DNA of 40,000 nucleotides, from positions 31,737 through 71,736 of the forward strand of contig DVLZ01000025.1 in the NCBI GenBank assembly GCA_018715245.1, read 5' to 3'. Positions 13,749 through 21,357 of this stretch are shown piece by piece (the first letter of the stretch is position 1; each line of letters begins with the position of its first letter). The notes beneath the pieces are model-generated. The model saw only the letters and a list, made by a program, of their open reading frames with translations, was not told where the DNA came from and searched no databases. This DNA is from Candidatus Aphodousia faecavium (GTDB lineage: Bacteria; Pseudomonadota; Gammaproteobacteria; Burkholderiales; Burkholderiaceae_F). Both the position numbers and the translations under genes were made by a program.

Positions 13749-16235
13749 TTAACCTCCATAGCTGTGGTACTGCTGCCGGTTCTGCAGCATTTTCAACTGA
13801 AACGCCCGCACGCTGTCGGCCACTTCATTGGCATCCATCTGCTTTTCAACCGGGAAATAGACCGTCAGCATTCTCTTTTCCGTCACCAGACCGGTGACGA
13901 CCTTATCCGGGCCGTAATACTCGTTTTCTGGGTACAGATCGACCCGCCGGCGTTCGCTGCGCATCTTGCGGCCTAAGGCCGTCAGGAAAGCCGTCTGCGT
14001 CACCGGCCGCTCGTTGGTCTTTTTGCGCCACAAGTCATAGGCCGCATACAGATGAATGCCGGCCACGGGCCCGACGGGATAATCAAGCGATTCGCTCAGC
14101 CAATCATCCAGGAAACGGGCATCAGAGGCTTTGCCAAGCGATTTAAGCGCCTGGTGAGCCTCTGTCTCAAGCACAGGCGTATCCGGCCCGAAATCCCCCA
14201 GATCGATGTGCAGCAGCCAGTCGTAAAACCCCTCAACGCCGCCGGCATCGACTTGCTCGGCCAAGTTTTTGAAGTACGTCTGATCGTGCTTGATGTCGTT
14301 GTAGATGACCATAAAGCGTCGATCGTACTCATCGAGCACAAGCGGCTGCAGCTCGTTTGAGAGAAACACGAAGTTTGTGAGATTCACCTCTTCGCGCGAA
14401 TTGACGTACTTGCTTACCACCTGGTGATACTTGCCCGTGATCCACGTTTTGATGAGGTTTTTCTGCTTTCGGCGCTCGGCCGATGACACGATTTCCTCAC
14501 CGAGAATGAAGAGCTTCTGGCTCTGCCACGTGGTGTACTTGTCATCCATGATGTCCTGGTTGATCGTTCCCCCGTAGCGCCCGTAGATCTCGCGCATGAC
14601 CACTTCAAACATGAAGCTTTTGCCGGTGCCCTCTTTGGCCCCATGCACCAGGAGAGCCTGGTGCATTTTCGCCCCGGGGTGCTGCAGGGGATACGCCAAC
14701 CACTTGGCCACCCACCAAAACACGTCGTCATCACGACCGCAAAGATCGAAAAGATTCTCAATGATGAGATCGCACGCCTTGCTGCTGTCAGGCTTCAGAG
14801 GCCAGCCGTCAAACATGTTGATGCAGCCCTCCGGCACGTTTCGCCCGGGCTCAAAGAGCAGCTGATCCTTCATGATCACGCGCCTGGCCGGGTTCTTTTT
14901 CCAGTTCTTAAACGTTTCATCGTCATAGCGATCTTTCAACGGCTGCGCGCCCACGAGCTCACGCAGCTCCGTGTCCCAATAGCCAACCGGATAGACATAC
15001 ACAAGGTGCTCATTCATGCGCCGGATGCGCTGATCCATGAAGCCCGGCGCTTTCTCGGCCGCCTCGCGCGAAGCCAATGGCTTAAGGTCATCGGCCTTGA
15101 GCTGTTCGGCCGCAACCTCAAGGCCTTCGGCCTGGGCGAGGTCATTGAAGTCGCTGCCGGTCGAATCCTTTGCTTTGAACTGAGGAAACACCACGCAGCA
15201 ACGGTGTTTGCGTGCGGCCTCCATGGCCTTGCTCTTGCCCGCATTGACAAAGGAGAGCTTTTTCGTGACCTTGCGCCCCTTTTCGACGTATCGGGCATAA
15301 CCAAAGACACCCAGCACGCCATCCGTGAGACGCTTAAAGCACTTATAGGCCACCTCGCCCTTTTCAGGATGCGTAAAGGTCTCCTCCGGATCTTTAGCGC
15401 TTGATGTTACAACCGGCGTCACGCCAAAGGTCTTTTCAAAAAATTCCTTGGCGCGCTTGACGCAAAAGTGATCATCGTCGCCGGCAATCACCACCTTGGC
15501 CTGATCGTACTTTTTGCGCACGGTCGCGGTCACGCTGTCCAGATTGCCGGCATTGAAGGCCACCACCACGGGCGCTCCCGTAGCTTCATGCACGGAGCAC
15601 CCGGTGGCATAGCCCTCCACCACGTAGATGAGGTCCGGGCGCGAGTCGAAATCTCCAATTTTCATGTACGCGCCGGCAATTTGGCTGCCGAGCATGAACG
15701 TTTTATCCCGCCCATCCTCATCTTTGACCGGAGAGATCGTCTGCAGGCCAACAAGCTGGCCGGCTCTGAACATCGGCACCAAAAGCTGATCATTGAGCTG
15801 CCTGGCACCGTAGGGCTTGATCCCCTTGCGTGTCAAGTAGCCCTGCTTGCCGTCAACATCGTGGCCCATTTTCCAAAGCCTCGAGGCGCGCGCGGCGGCT
15901 TCGGCGGCCATGGCCTGGCGGTCTTTTTCAAACTGCTCGGCCGCTTTCTTGGCAAATTCCTTTGCCTCGGCCTTTTCCTCGGCGGTAAAAGTTTCCTTGC
16001 CAGGCTTGATGAGGTAGCTCTCGGTGCGGATCCCGAAGCTGCCGGAGTAAAACACGCGGCCCTTGAGCGTGCGGTTTTCATAGATCCTGTACCAAGCGCT
16101 CTTTTTCTTGGATCTCTGGCCATCCGGACGAAACCGGTCGTAACCTGGTGCGGTCACGTGCAGTTGATGGCGCTCAGGGACAAAGATCCCCACTTCGGCC
16201 ATTTGCCGGGCAATGTCGTCAAAACTAGAAGCCAT
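13749..16235 (-). CDS. Bifunctional primase-helicase (Toprim primase + D5/P4-alpha-type SF3 NTPase)
   Basis: The product is 828 aa. The Toprim motifs are VVEGYATGCSVHEATGAPVVVAFNAGNL and VVIAGDDDH. The SF3 Walker A is LLVHGAKEGTGKSFMFEVV and the Walker B-like motif is KLFILGEE. The architecture matches phage/plasmid P4-family primases. Confidence 0.85.
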   Translation of the reverse strand: MASSFDDIARQMAEVGIFVPERHQLHVTAPGYDRFRPDGQRSKKKSAWYRIYENRTLKGRVFYSGSFGIRTESYLIKPGKETFTAEEKAEAKEFAKKAAEQFEKDRQAMAAEAAARASRLWKMGHDVDGKQGYLTRKGIKPYGARQLNDQLLVPMFRAGQLVGLQTISPVKDEDGRDKTFMLGSQIAGAYMKIGDFDSRPDLIYVVEGYATGCSVHEATGAPVVVAFNAGNLDSVTATVRKKYDQAKVVIAGDDDHFCVKRAKEFFEKTFGVTPVVTSSAKDPEETFTHPEKGEVAYKCFKRLTDGVLGVFGYARYVEKGRKVTKKLSFVNAGKSKAMEAARKHRCCVVFPQFKAKDSTGSDFNDLAQAEGLEVAAEQLKADDLKPLASREAAEKAPGFMDQRIRRMNEHLVYVYPVGYWDTELRELVGAQPLKDRYDDETFKNWKKNPARRVIMKDQLLFEPGRNVPEGCINMFDGWPLKPDSSKACDLIIENLFDLCGRDDDVFWWVAKWLAYPLQHPGAKMHQALLVHGAKEGTGKSFMFEVVMREIYGRYGGTINQDIMDDKYTTWQSQKLFILGEEIVSSAERRKQKNLIKTWITGKYHQVVSKYVNSREEVNLTNFVFLSNELQPLVLDEYDRRFMVIYNDIKHDQTYFKNLAEQVDAGGVEGFYDWLLHIDLGDFGPDTPVLETEAHQALKSLGKASDARFLDDWLSESLDYPVGPVAGIHLYAAYDLWRKKTNERPVTQTAFLTALGRKMRSERRRVDLYPENEYYGPDKVVTGLVTEKRMLTVYFPVEKQMDANEVADSVRAFQLKMLQNRQQYHSYGG

Positions 16236-17526
16236 GATCCGCCTCCCGGTTCAAACGACGAAACACCGCGTCAGAGATCTGACGCACCATTGAGAGATCA
16301 AAGGCGTTTTTCTTGCCTTCAATCCGCTCGATGAGCTCCTCTTCAGTCAGCACCATCGTGCGTGAAGTCAGGCGCACGGCCGTCACTGAATCGCCTTCAA
16401 TCGTCACCAACGCCTTGCGGGCAAAGCTGTCGCTCGTTCTCGCCACAAAGTCCAGCTGGCGATCTCGCTCAGCCTGATCCTTGATGTCAAACTCCATCAA
16501 ATACGCCCGAGTGTGCTTGAGATCTCTGACGCCTTTCCAACCGGCCACCATGACCGTGAAAACGTCTCGGCCAATCAGGTAGCCCGGCTCATTCCACTGC
16601 GGCCAGCTGATGATCTTGTCTGATCCGTCATCAACACCGATGCCCAAGGCAGCAGCGGCCTTTTGAGCGGCTTCTGCCACAGCCTCGGGCGTCTTGCCGT
16701 AATAAAACGCCACATCCTGCGTCGTGGTCATGGCCGTGTTGTCCTCGATGCGGACAATGGGGCGCGCGAGCTCATTGAGCACCACCTCCTGCGGATGATC
16801 CACGTAGTCATAACGGCGAATGTTCTCCAGAAGCGGATCAAAACGCTTGCAAAAGCGCACCAGCTCCTCATTTTCACCGTAGTAGTCTCGGATGATGGCC
16901 ACAAGGCCCGGCTTGTCGATCGTGCAGTAGTGCTGCGTAACGGTTTTGCCATCCACCGTCCGGGAGCGCGTCTTAAGCTCAAAGCGCCGGAGCATGTAGG
17001 GATGCTCGCGCACGTACTCCGAGACGTTTTCCATAAACTCTTTGTGATTGATCCCGAAGTAGTCGCAAACCGTGAAGCTCTCCACATCCACGCGCGTGCC
17101 GTAGAGATTGATTTCGACTGCAGGCCTTTCTACCCCAAGCAAAGGCTTCGCAGACGCGCGAAGGGTTGAGGCCTCGAGCTTATTGAAGGCGTCAATGTAG
17201 GACCACTTGAAAGCTTGAGCTTTGGCCCCGGTGAAGCCCATGGCCAGAAACGTGAAGCCGTCGCGTGTGAGGCGATAGGCTTTTGACTTGATTTTGGTGC
17301 CAGGTTGCAGAGGGCTTTCGCGCTCGACTTCTGTCTCCGCAAAATTGTGGAGACAGGCTTTAGGTGCCGTTTTAATGATGTTTTCGATAGCTCTCAACAC
17401 CATGTCGTGCCGCTTGTCAAAGTAGGCCGCAACATCAGTTGAAAGCGTTGTGGGAATGTCGTCAACGAGTGTGACAACAGGCGCAGAGGGTTCAAAAACA
17501 CTCTGGGATTGATTCTTTGCCGTCAT
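16225..17526 (-). CDS. Rha-family phage regulatory protein with repeated Rha/BRO-like modules
   Basis: The product is 433 aa from ATG 17526, with AGGAG 8 nt upstream. The N-terminal module is TLSTDVAAYFDKRHDMVLRAIENI...YRLTRDGFTFLAMGFTGAKAQAFKWSYIDAF. A related module recurs at TTTQDVAFYYGKTPEAV...YLIGRDVFTVMVAGWKGVRDLKHTRAYLMEF. A weaker one lies in the middle (FTVCDYFGINHKEFMENV...). The gene overlaps the primase start by 11 nt. Confidence 0.7.
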   Translation of the reverse strand: MTAKNQSQSVFEPSAPVVTLVDDIPTTLSTDVAAYFDKRHDMVLRAIENIIKTAPKACLHNFAETEVERESPLQPGTKIKSKAYRLTRDGFTFLAMGFTGAKAQAFKWSYIDAFNKLEASTLRASAKPLLGVERPAVEINLYGTRVDVESFTVCDYFGINHKEFMENVSEYVREHPYMLRRFELKTRSRTVDGKTVTQHYCTIDKPGLVAIIRDYYGENEELVRFCKRFDPLLENIRRYDYVDHPQEVVLNELARPIVRIEDNTAMTTTQDVAFYYGKTPEAVAEAAQKAAAALGIGVDDGSDKIISWPQWNEPGYLIGRDVFTVMVAGWKGVRDLKHTRAYLMEFDIKDQAERDRQLDFVARTSDSFARKALVTIEGDSVTAVRLTSRTMVLTEEELIERIEGKKNAFDLSMVRQISDAVFRRLNREADHGF

Positions 17527-17815
17527 AGCAAAACTCCTGTGACAAGTTTTGAACACCTGAGCCCCCGACCAAGAGGGCGAGCAGGGGTCTGCGGGTTGGT
17601 CGACCGTGTCACAGGATACGGCACGCCTTTCGGCGTCCCACAGCCCCCGCCCATAAGATAGACGGCGCTTACGCGCAAAGAAAAACCGCACAAACTTGCA
17701 GTAAGGCGGCGCGCGCCTGTGAACATCGGGCGACCAAACCCGATCTGCTTTTTATTTGCAGACGAAATGATTATGCGGCAAACGCCGAGAGAATGCAAGC
17801 TGCGCGCGGGCATGG

Positions 17816-18070
17816 TCAGGCTCCCCGGGCGCTCACGACCGTCACGGAAACCCCCTCGGCCGATCGACAAGTTGATGCGCTGCGCATCAGAAAGATCTCC
17901 GGATGGCGCACGACCACGCTGCCGGGCACGTAACCGCGCCTGACCCAGTTCTGCACACACTGCTGCGTCACAGACAGCTGCCGAGCAAAGGCAATTTGAC
18001 TTCCCAGGCGCTCAATTTCACTCATCATGAGCTTGTAGGCGGCCACTTCAACAGGAGAGGGCGTTTTCAT
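17816..18070 (-). CDS. Cro/YdaS-like HTH repressor of the lytic side
   Basis: The product is 84 aa from ATG 18070. It contains GSQIAFARQLSVTQQCVQNWVRRGYVP, an HTH of the Cro/YdaS type. It is divergent from the cI-like gene. The 26 upstream codons in the track ORF run into the operator region. Confidence 0.65.
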   Translation of the reverse strand: MKTPSPVEVAAYKLMMSEIERLGSQIAFARQLSVTQQCVQNWVRRGYVPGSVVVRHPEIFLMRSASTCRSAEGVSVTVVSARGA

Positions 18071-18102
18071 ATAAATTTTGTTGATCGTTAAAATTGGATT
18101 CC

Positions 18103-18158
18103 GTGTATTATTTTCCGAAATATACACTTCCTCGAAGGCAAAAGCCAACCGAAGGCAA
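18103..18158. promoter_or_regulatory. Candidate operators in the cI/cro divergent region
   Basis: An inverted repeat GTGTAT-N13-ATACAC lies at 18103-18127. A direct repeat CGAAGGCAA lies at 18133-18141 and 18150-18158. Both are inside the 125-bp gap between the two divergent repressor genes. Confidence 0.4.
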
Positions 18159-18195
18159 TCACAAAAATTTGTAGTATCGGATAGGAAAACTTACA

Positions 18196-18816
18196 ATGAC
18201 CCGCATGACTAATACCACTAGCATCATTGATCGGCTCCTAAAGCTTGCGGATAGCAAGGGCATCACGCAAAAGCAGCTCGCAAAGAGCATCGGAGTCAAT
18301 CCTCAAACCATCACAAACTGGAAAGCCCGATCGGACGGGAAAGCAACATCAATCCCGGCAGATAAGCTTGCACTCTGCGCCCAGCTCCTAGGCTGCTCGG
18401 CCGACTATCTACTGGGACTGACCACGCTGCAAAACATCAACGTGCCCATTCAGGCCATCACCATCCGCACCGACGGCCAAATCCTCGGCAAAGAGGATCC
18501 CAACAAGGTCGCGGGCATTTTGATTTCCACGCATTATTTTTCGGCCAAAGCCTTTGGCTACATTGTCCAAGACGAGAGCTCAACACCAACATTTAAGCCC
18601 GGCGACGAAATCATTGTTGATCCGGACATCCCTCCGGTGCCGGGCTCGCATGTGCTCGCCATCGTGGATGGCGCGGTTTACCTCAGAAAGTTCCGCAGCC
18701 CCCGCATCAGCAAGATCTCGCTTTTTGCCATCAACCTCGACTACCCCAGCTTTGAGGAACCGGAAAACCAAATCACCATCCTCGGCACCGTTGTCGAACA
18801 CCGTAACCACCAGTAA
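18196..18816 (+). CDS. CI-type prophage repressor (XRE HTH + S24 LexA-like autopeptidase domain)
   Basis: The product is 206 aa. The HTH is ITQKQLAKSIGVNPQTITNWKAR. The C-terminal S24-like part has ..GYIVQDESSTPTFKPGDEIIVDP...HVLAIVDGAVYLRKF, which carries Ser and Lys candidates. Confidence 0.85.
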   Translation: MTRMTNTTSIIDRLLKLADSKGITQKQLAKSIGVNPQTITNWKARSDGKATSIPADKLALCAQLLGCSADYLLGLTTLQNINVPIQAITIRTDGQILGKEDPNKVAGILISTHYFSAKAFGYIVQDESSTPTFKPGDEIIVDPDIPPVPGSHVLAIVDGAVYLRKFRSPRISKISLFAINLDYPSFEEPENQITILGTVVEHRNHQ

Positions 18817-18831
18817 CCCCTTTCCTGCCGC

Positions 18832-18862
18832 GGGCGATCGCTCTTGATCGCCCTTTTCTTTT
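18832..18862 (+). terminator. Intrinsic terminator after the cI-like gene
   Basis: The sequence is GGGCGATC-gctctt-GATCGCCC followed by TTTTCTTTT. Confidence 0.8.
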
Positions 18863-18976
18863 CCACAATCACACTTTTTCGTGCTCGCGATTCGCCAAAA
18901 GCGAAATTTTGCGCTAAGATAAAAATCAACATTTTTCGTTTTTCGTTATTCACGTTTTTAACTTGTGGATTTACAA

Positions 18977-19231
18977 ATGCTTTTTCAACTGAACGCATCC
19001 GGCCGCGAGACCGTCCGAATCTTTTTGCACGCCAAGTGCCGCACCAAGCCATCGGCAAAGATGGTCGAACAATGGTTTGTCGCTGCCGAGGCAAGTTTCA
19101 ACAACTCCAAAAAATATCTCCCTGAGCGCGCCATCCCTCAAGCCTCCGTGATGCTCGACGGGAGCATCTCGATCACAGGCGGTGCCGAGCTCATGATCCT
19201 GCAAAGCTCGCACTTCACCCAAGTTTCTTAA
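18977..19231 (+). CDS. Hypothetical protein (weak)
   Basis: The product is 84 aa from ATG 18977. There is no convincing RBS. It is kept only because it is co-oriented with the downstream genes. Confidence 0.3.
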   Translation: MLFQLNASGRETVRIFLHAKCRTKPSAKMVEQWFVAAEASFNNSKKYLPERAIPQASVMLDGSISITGGAELMILQSSHFTQVS

Positions 19232-19278
19232 CTCAATCCGGACACAGCGCACGTGTCCGGGCAAAGGAGCCCACCACC

Positions 19279-19674
19279 ATGGCAAAACGAATTGAACCCA
19301 CCGTAACCATCCCCACGTCCCTTCTGGCAGACATCTTCAGCGTGATCGACTATCACTACGGCATGGCCGGCGATCACGGCCTGAGCAAAGAAGACGAAAA
19401 ACAGCTTGAAAACTTGCTTGAGCGTTGCGAAAACGCCTTGCTCGAGTCCGACAAAGAAACAGAAGCATCCGGCGAAATGTGCCAAGTTCTCATCATCACT
19501 GAGCGCGAAGAGTTTCGAGCAATCAAGCGCGAGATCGCCGACAACCAGAGCGCCATGGTCGAAAACATCACGGATTTCGAAAAGACCAAAAAGATCGGTG
19601 CCACGCTCGATGAGCTGTACTCAAAACTTGGTGTGCTCTGCGCAAACCACTGCGTGGAAACCCGGATTAGATGA
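19279..19674 (+). CDS. Hypothetical acidic protein, early-left operon
   Basis: A 131-aa ORF has AAGGAG 10 nt upstream of its ATG. I recognise no motif. Confidence 0.6.
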   Translation: MAKRIEPTVTIPTSLLADIFSVIDYHYGMAGDHGLSKEDEKQLENLLERCENALLESDKETEASGEMCQVLIITEREEFRAIKREIADNQSAMVENITDFEKTKKIGATLDELYSKLGVLCANHCVETRIR

Positions 19675-19681
19675 GGCCGTC

Positions 19682-19927
19682 ATGAGTTGGCAGCGCATTA
19701 AAAATCCGGTTTTGCCCTGCGGCGAGATCCTTGAAGTTTTTCAAAACTCAAAGGTGTTTTTCGTCATCCGGATCAAAACCGACGCCGGAGACGCCTTCGA
19801 AGTGAGCGAGCGCTTTGTCAACGTGATTCCGGAGCGCCGCCAGGAGGCCGTCTGCAGACTCAATCCGGAGCAATTCAAACGATGGCTCGAGGGCTGCTAC
19901 TGGCGCTACTTCAACCGGCCGGAATAA
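19682..19927 (+). CDS. Hypothetical protein, early-left operon
   Basis: The product is 81 aa from ATG 19682 (MSWQRIKNPVLPCGEILEVF...). It starts 8 nt after the previous stop. The longer track ORF 19406-19927 overlaps the preceding gene out of frame. Confidence 0.5.
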   Translation: MSWQRIKNPVLPCGEILEVFQNSKVFFVIRIKTDAGDAFEVSERFVNVIPERRQEAVCRLNPEQFKRWLEGCYWRYFNRPE

Positions 19928-19936
19928 GGAGAGACA

Positions 19937-20299
19937 ATGGAAAGCACAAACGAAATGATGGCTCGCGCCAAGGCGGTGGCCGCTGTGAAGGCCCAAGATT
20001 TTCCGGAATACGGCCAGCTCTTTTGGGATCGGCCAACGGTGGCCAAAGTACTCGGAATCGGTCAATCGACCGTCACCTTTCTGACTCACGCAGAGCCGAC
20101 GTTCCCCAAGCCTATCAAGATCTCAAACGCTACGCGCTGGAAGGCTGCAGAAGTGATCGCCTGGGCAAACGCCATTCAAACCAACAGCTTCGAGATCACC
20201 GGGCCGATCACTCCGAGCGCCAAAAACACGAAAAAAATAAACCGGCAGCCGGAGCCGCCGGAGTTCATAAAAAGAGCCATGCGAAAACGGGTCGCATGA
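19937..20299 (+). CDS. AlpA/excisionase-family HTH protein (Xis-like)
   Basis: The 120-aa product contains RPTVAKVLGIGQSTVTFLTHAEPTFPKPIKISNATRWKAAEVIAWA. This matches the AlpA/HTH_17 pattern (..FPkP.k....v.W...eV..W.). Confidence 0.7.
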   Translation: MESTNEMMARAKAVAAVKAQDFPEYGQLFWDRPTVAKVLGIGQSTVTFLTHAEPTFPKPIKISNATRWKAAEVIAWANAIQTNSFEITGPITPSAKNTKKINRQPEPPEFIKRAMRKRVA

Positions 20300-20306
20300 G
20301 ACGATT

Positions 20307-20328
20307 AAGGGCACCACGTGGTGCCCTT
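20307..20328 (+). terminator. Perfect 22-nt palindrome hairpin after the xis-like gene
   Basis: The sequence is AAGGGCACCAC|GTGGTGCCCTT followed by tgcttt. A near copy lies at 21037-21059. Confidence 0.6.
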
Positions 20329-20392
20329 TGCTTTACTTGGGAAAATAAACCACTTACACTTCTGACAATTCAATAAATTAAGGAGTTTCCCC

Positions 20393-21010
20393 ATGAAAGG
20401 ATTGCCCCCCCCAATAATTGTTAGCCTTCTTTCTCCTGTCTTTCTGCTCGCCGGCTGCTCTGATTCCGATAGCTCTCTACTGGAAGATTTGTCCGGAAAA
20501 ACGCTTCAAGATTTTCACAACGCTATTGAAGTTCGCAATACCACAGAAATCACGAAATCTATTGGCGCCTATTTAAGAGAAAATCAGCTACCCGATTCTG
20601 AAATTGATAAATTCCGAATCTGCCTTGGCGAATATGCCTACACAAAAAACGGATCGATCAAGATTCCTGAAGTATTAGGCTGGTGCGCCAATGAGTATAA
20701 AAACAATCCCAAAAGGTTTGCCTCCCACGTTGATATTGAACGCTTCATAAGCCTCTTTAGCGCATGGGACGGAGCATTCAAACCCACTGAAGATGCTCTT
20801 AAAAAGTCACTTAACGACCCTGACTCTTACAAACATAACGAAAGCCGGTACGTTTTGCACCTAACGCCTACAGGTGAGAATTTTGAGCCTTACGCTACCG
20901 TCGAAACTGTTTATCATGCAAAGAATCCCTTCGGCGCAATGATGAGAGGATCCGTCACCGTTAAAGTCAACCTAAAAACACTTGATATGAAAATTATCGA
21001 GGCCAAGTAG
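20393..21010 (+). CDS. Prophage-encoded lipoprotein
   Basis: The product is 205 aa, with AAGGAG 7 nt upstream of the ATG. The signal peptide has the lipobox LLAGC|SDS. The C-terminal part (..LNDPDSYKH......VYHAKNPFGAMMRGSVTV) recalls a widespread small lipoprotein domain (DPDS.kf....NaFGg). The gene is bracketed by two related hairpins. Confidence 0.8.
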   Translation: MKGLPPPIIVSLLSPVFLLAGCSDSDSSLLEDLSGKTLQDFHNAIEVRNTTEITKSIGAYLRENQLPDSEIDKFRICLGEYAYTKNGSIKIPEVLGWCANEYKNNPKRFASHVDIERFISLFSAWDGAFKPTEDALKKSLNDPDSYKHNESRYVLHLTPTGENFEPYATVETVYHAKNPFGAMMRGSVTVKVNLKTLDMKIIEAK

Positions 21011-21036
21011 CCCCATCAAGTTGCGTACTAATAATT

Positions 21037-21059
21037 AAGGGCACCAGCGAGGTGCCCTT
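21037..21059. terminator. Hairpin between the convergent lipoprotein and RelE-like genes (bidirectional terminator candidate)
   Basis: The sequence is AAGGGCACC-agcga-GGTGCCCTT, followed by acttttctt on the plus strand and flanked by aatta on the other side. Confidence 0.6.
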
Positions 21060-21066
21060 ACTTTTC

Positions 21067-21357
21067 TTACCGTTTAGCTCTCTTTTTCTGACTATATCTG
21101 TCCATTTCCTTATGCGTAGCAATATCAAGCAAACGGTAAGTATCTCCGATGATTTCCAACACTATCTGCCAGCTTTTATTTGGCATAACATCCATTTTCC
21201 ATAATGGAGGTCGAAAACCTGTCAGCCGATGCAATCGTATGCTTCCAGTTTTTCCTTCGAGCAAACTATCAATCTTATCTGCTGCCTTTTCTTGGATATC
21301 AATCGGAACCTTCGAAAGCGCCTTTTCAAATGACTCTGTTAGCTCCAACTTAGCCAC
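21067..21357 (-). CDS. RelE/ParE-superfamily toxin-like protein
   Basis: The product is 96 aa from GTG 21357, with GGAGAA 6-7 nt upstream. The N-terminal helices are FEKALSKVPIDIQEKAADKIDSLLEG. They are followed by LHRLTGFRPPLWKMDVMPNKSWQIVLEIIGDTYRLLDIATHKEMDRY. This fits the RelE/ParE pattern (H.L.G....W.......R....i.......l..i..H...Y). Confidence 0.6.
   Translation of the reverse strand: MAKLELTESFEKALSKVPIDIQEKAADKIDSLLEGKTGSIRLHRLTGFRPPLWKMDVMPNKSWQIVLEIIGDTYRLLDIATHKEMDRYSQKKRAKR

Noticed and set aside
13299-13759. Three overlapping ORFs (13299-13637 minus, 13438-13734 plus, 13490-13759 minus) across the Q/primase intergenic region
   Set aside because: Their translations are just the repeats read in frame (CTPCTH, RARVCVRIRARL, VQGLCMVCAG). 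They have no RBS and overlap each other on both strands. The DNA-level iteron explanation is sufficient.
16225-17691. N-terminally extended track ORFs: rha-like 488 aa, terS 234 aa (10938-11642), hupC 263 aa, hupD 223 aa, hupF 134 aa, hupS 378 aa, hypA 128 aa, hypB from TTG 37108
   Set aside because: In each case an internal ATG is preceded by a good SD and begins the conserved family N-terminus (for example [40 protein letters not shown]). The upstream codons are not protein-like or overlap the neighbouring gene.
17523-17960. 145-aa minus-strand ORF spanning the cro-rha gap
   Set aside because: It is Arg/Gly/Pro-rich, crosses the cro-like gene in another frame and has no RBS. The region is better treated as a structured non-coding leader.
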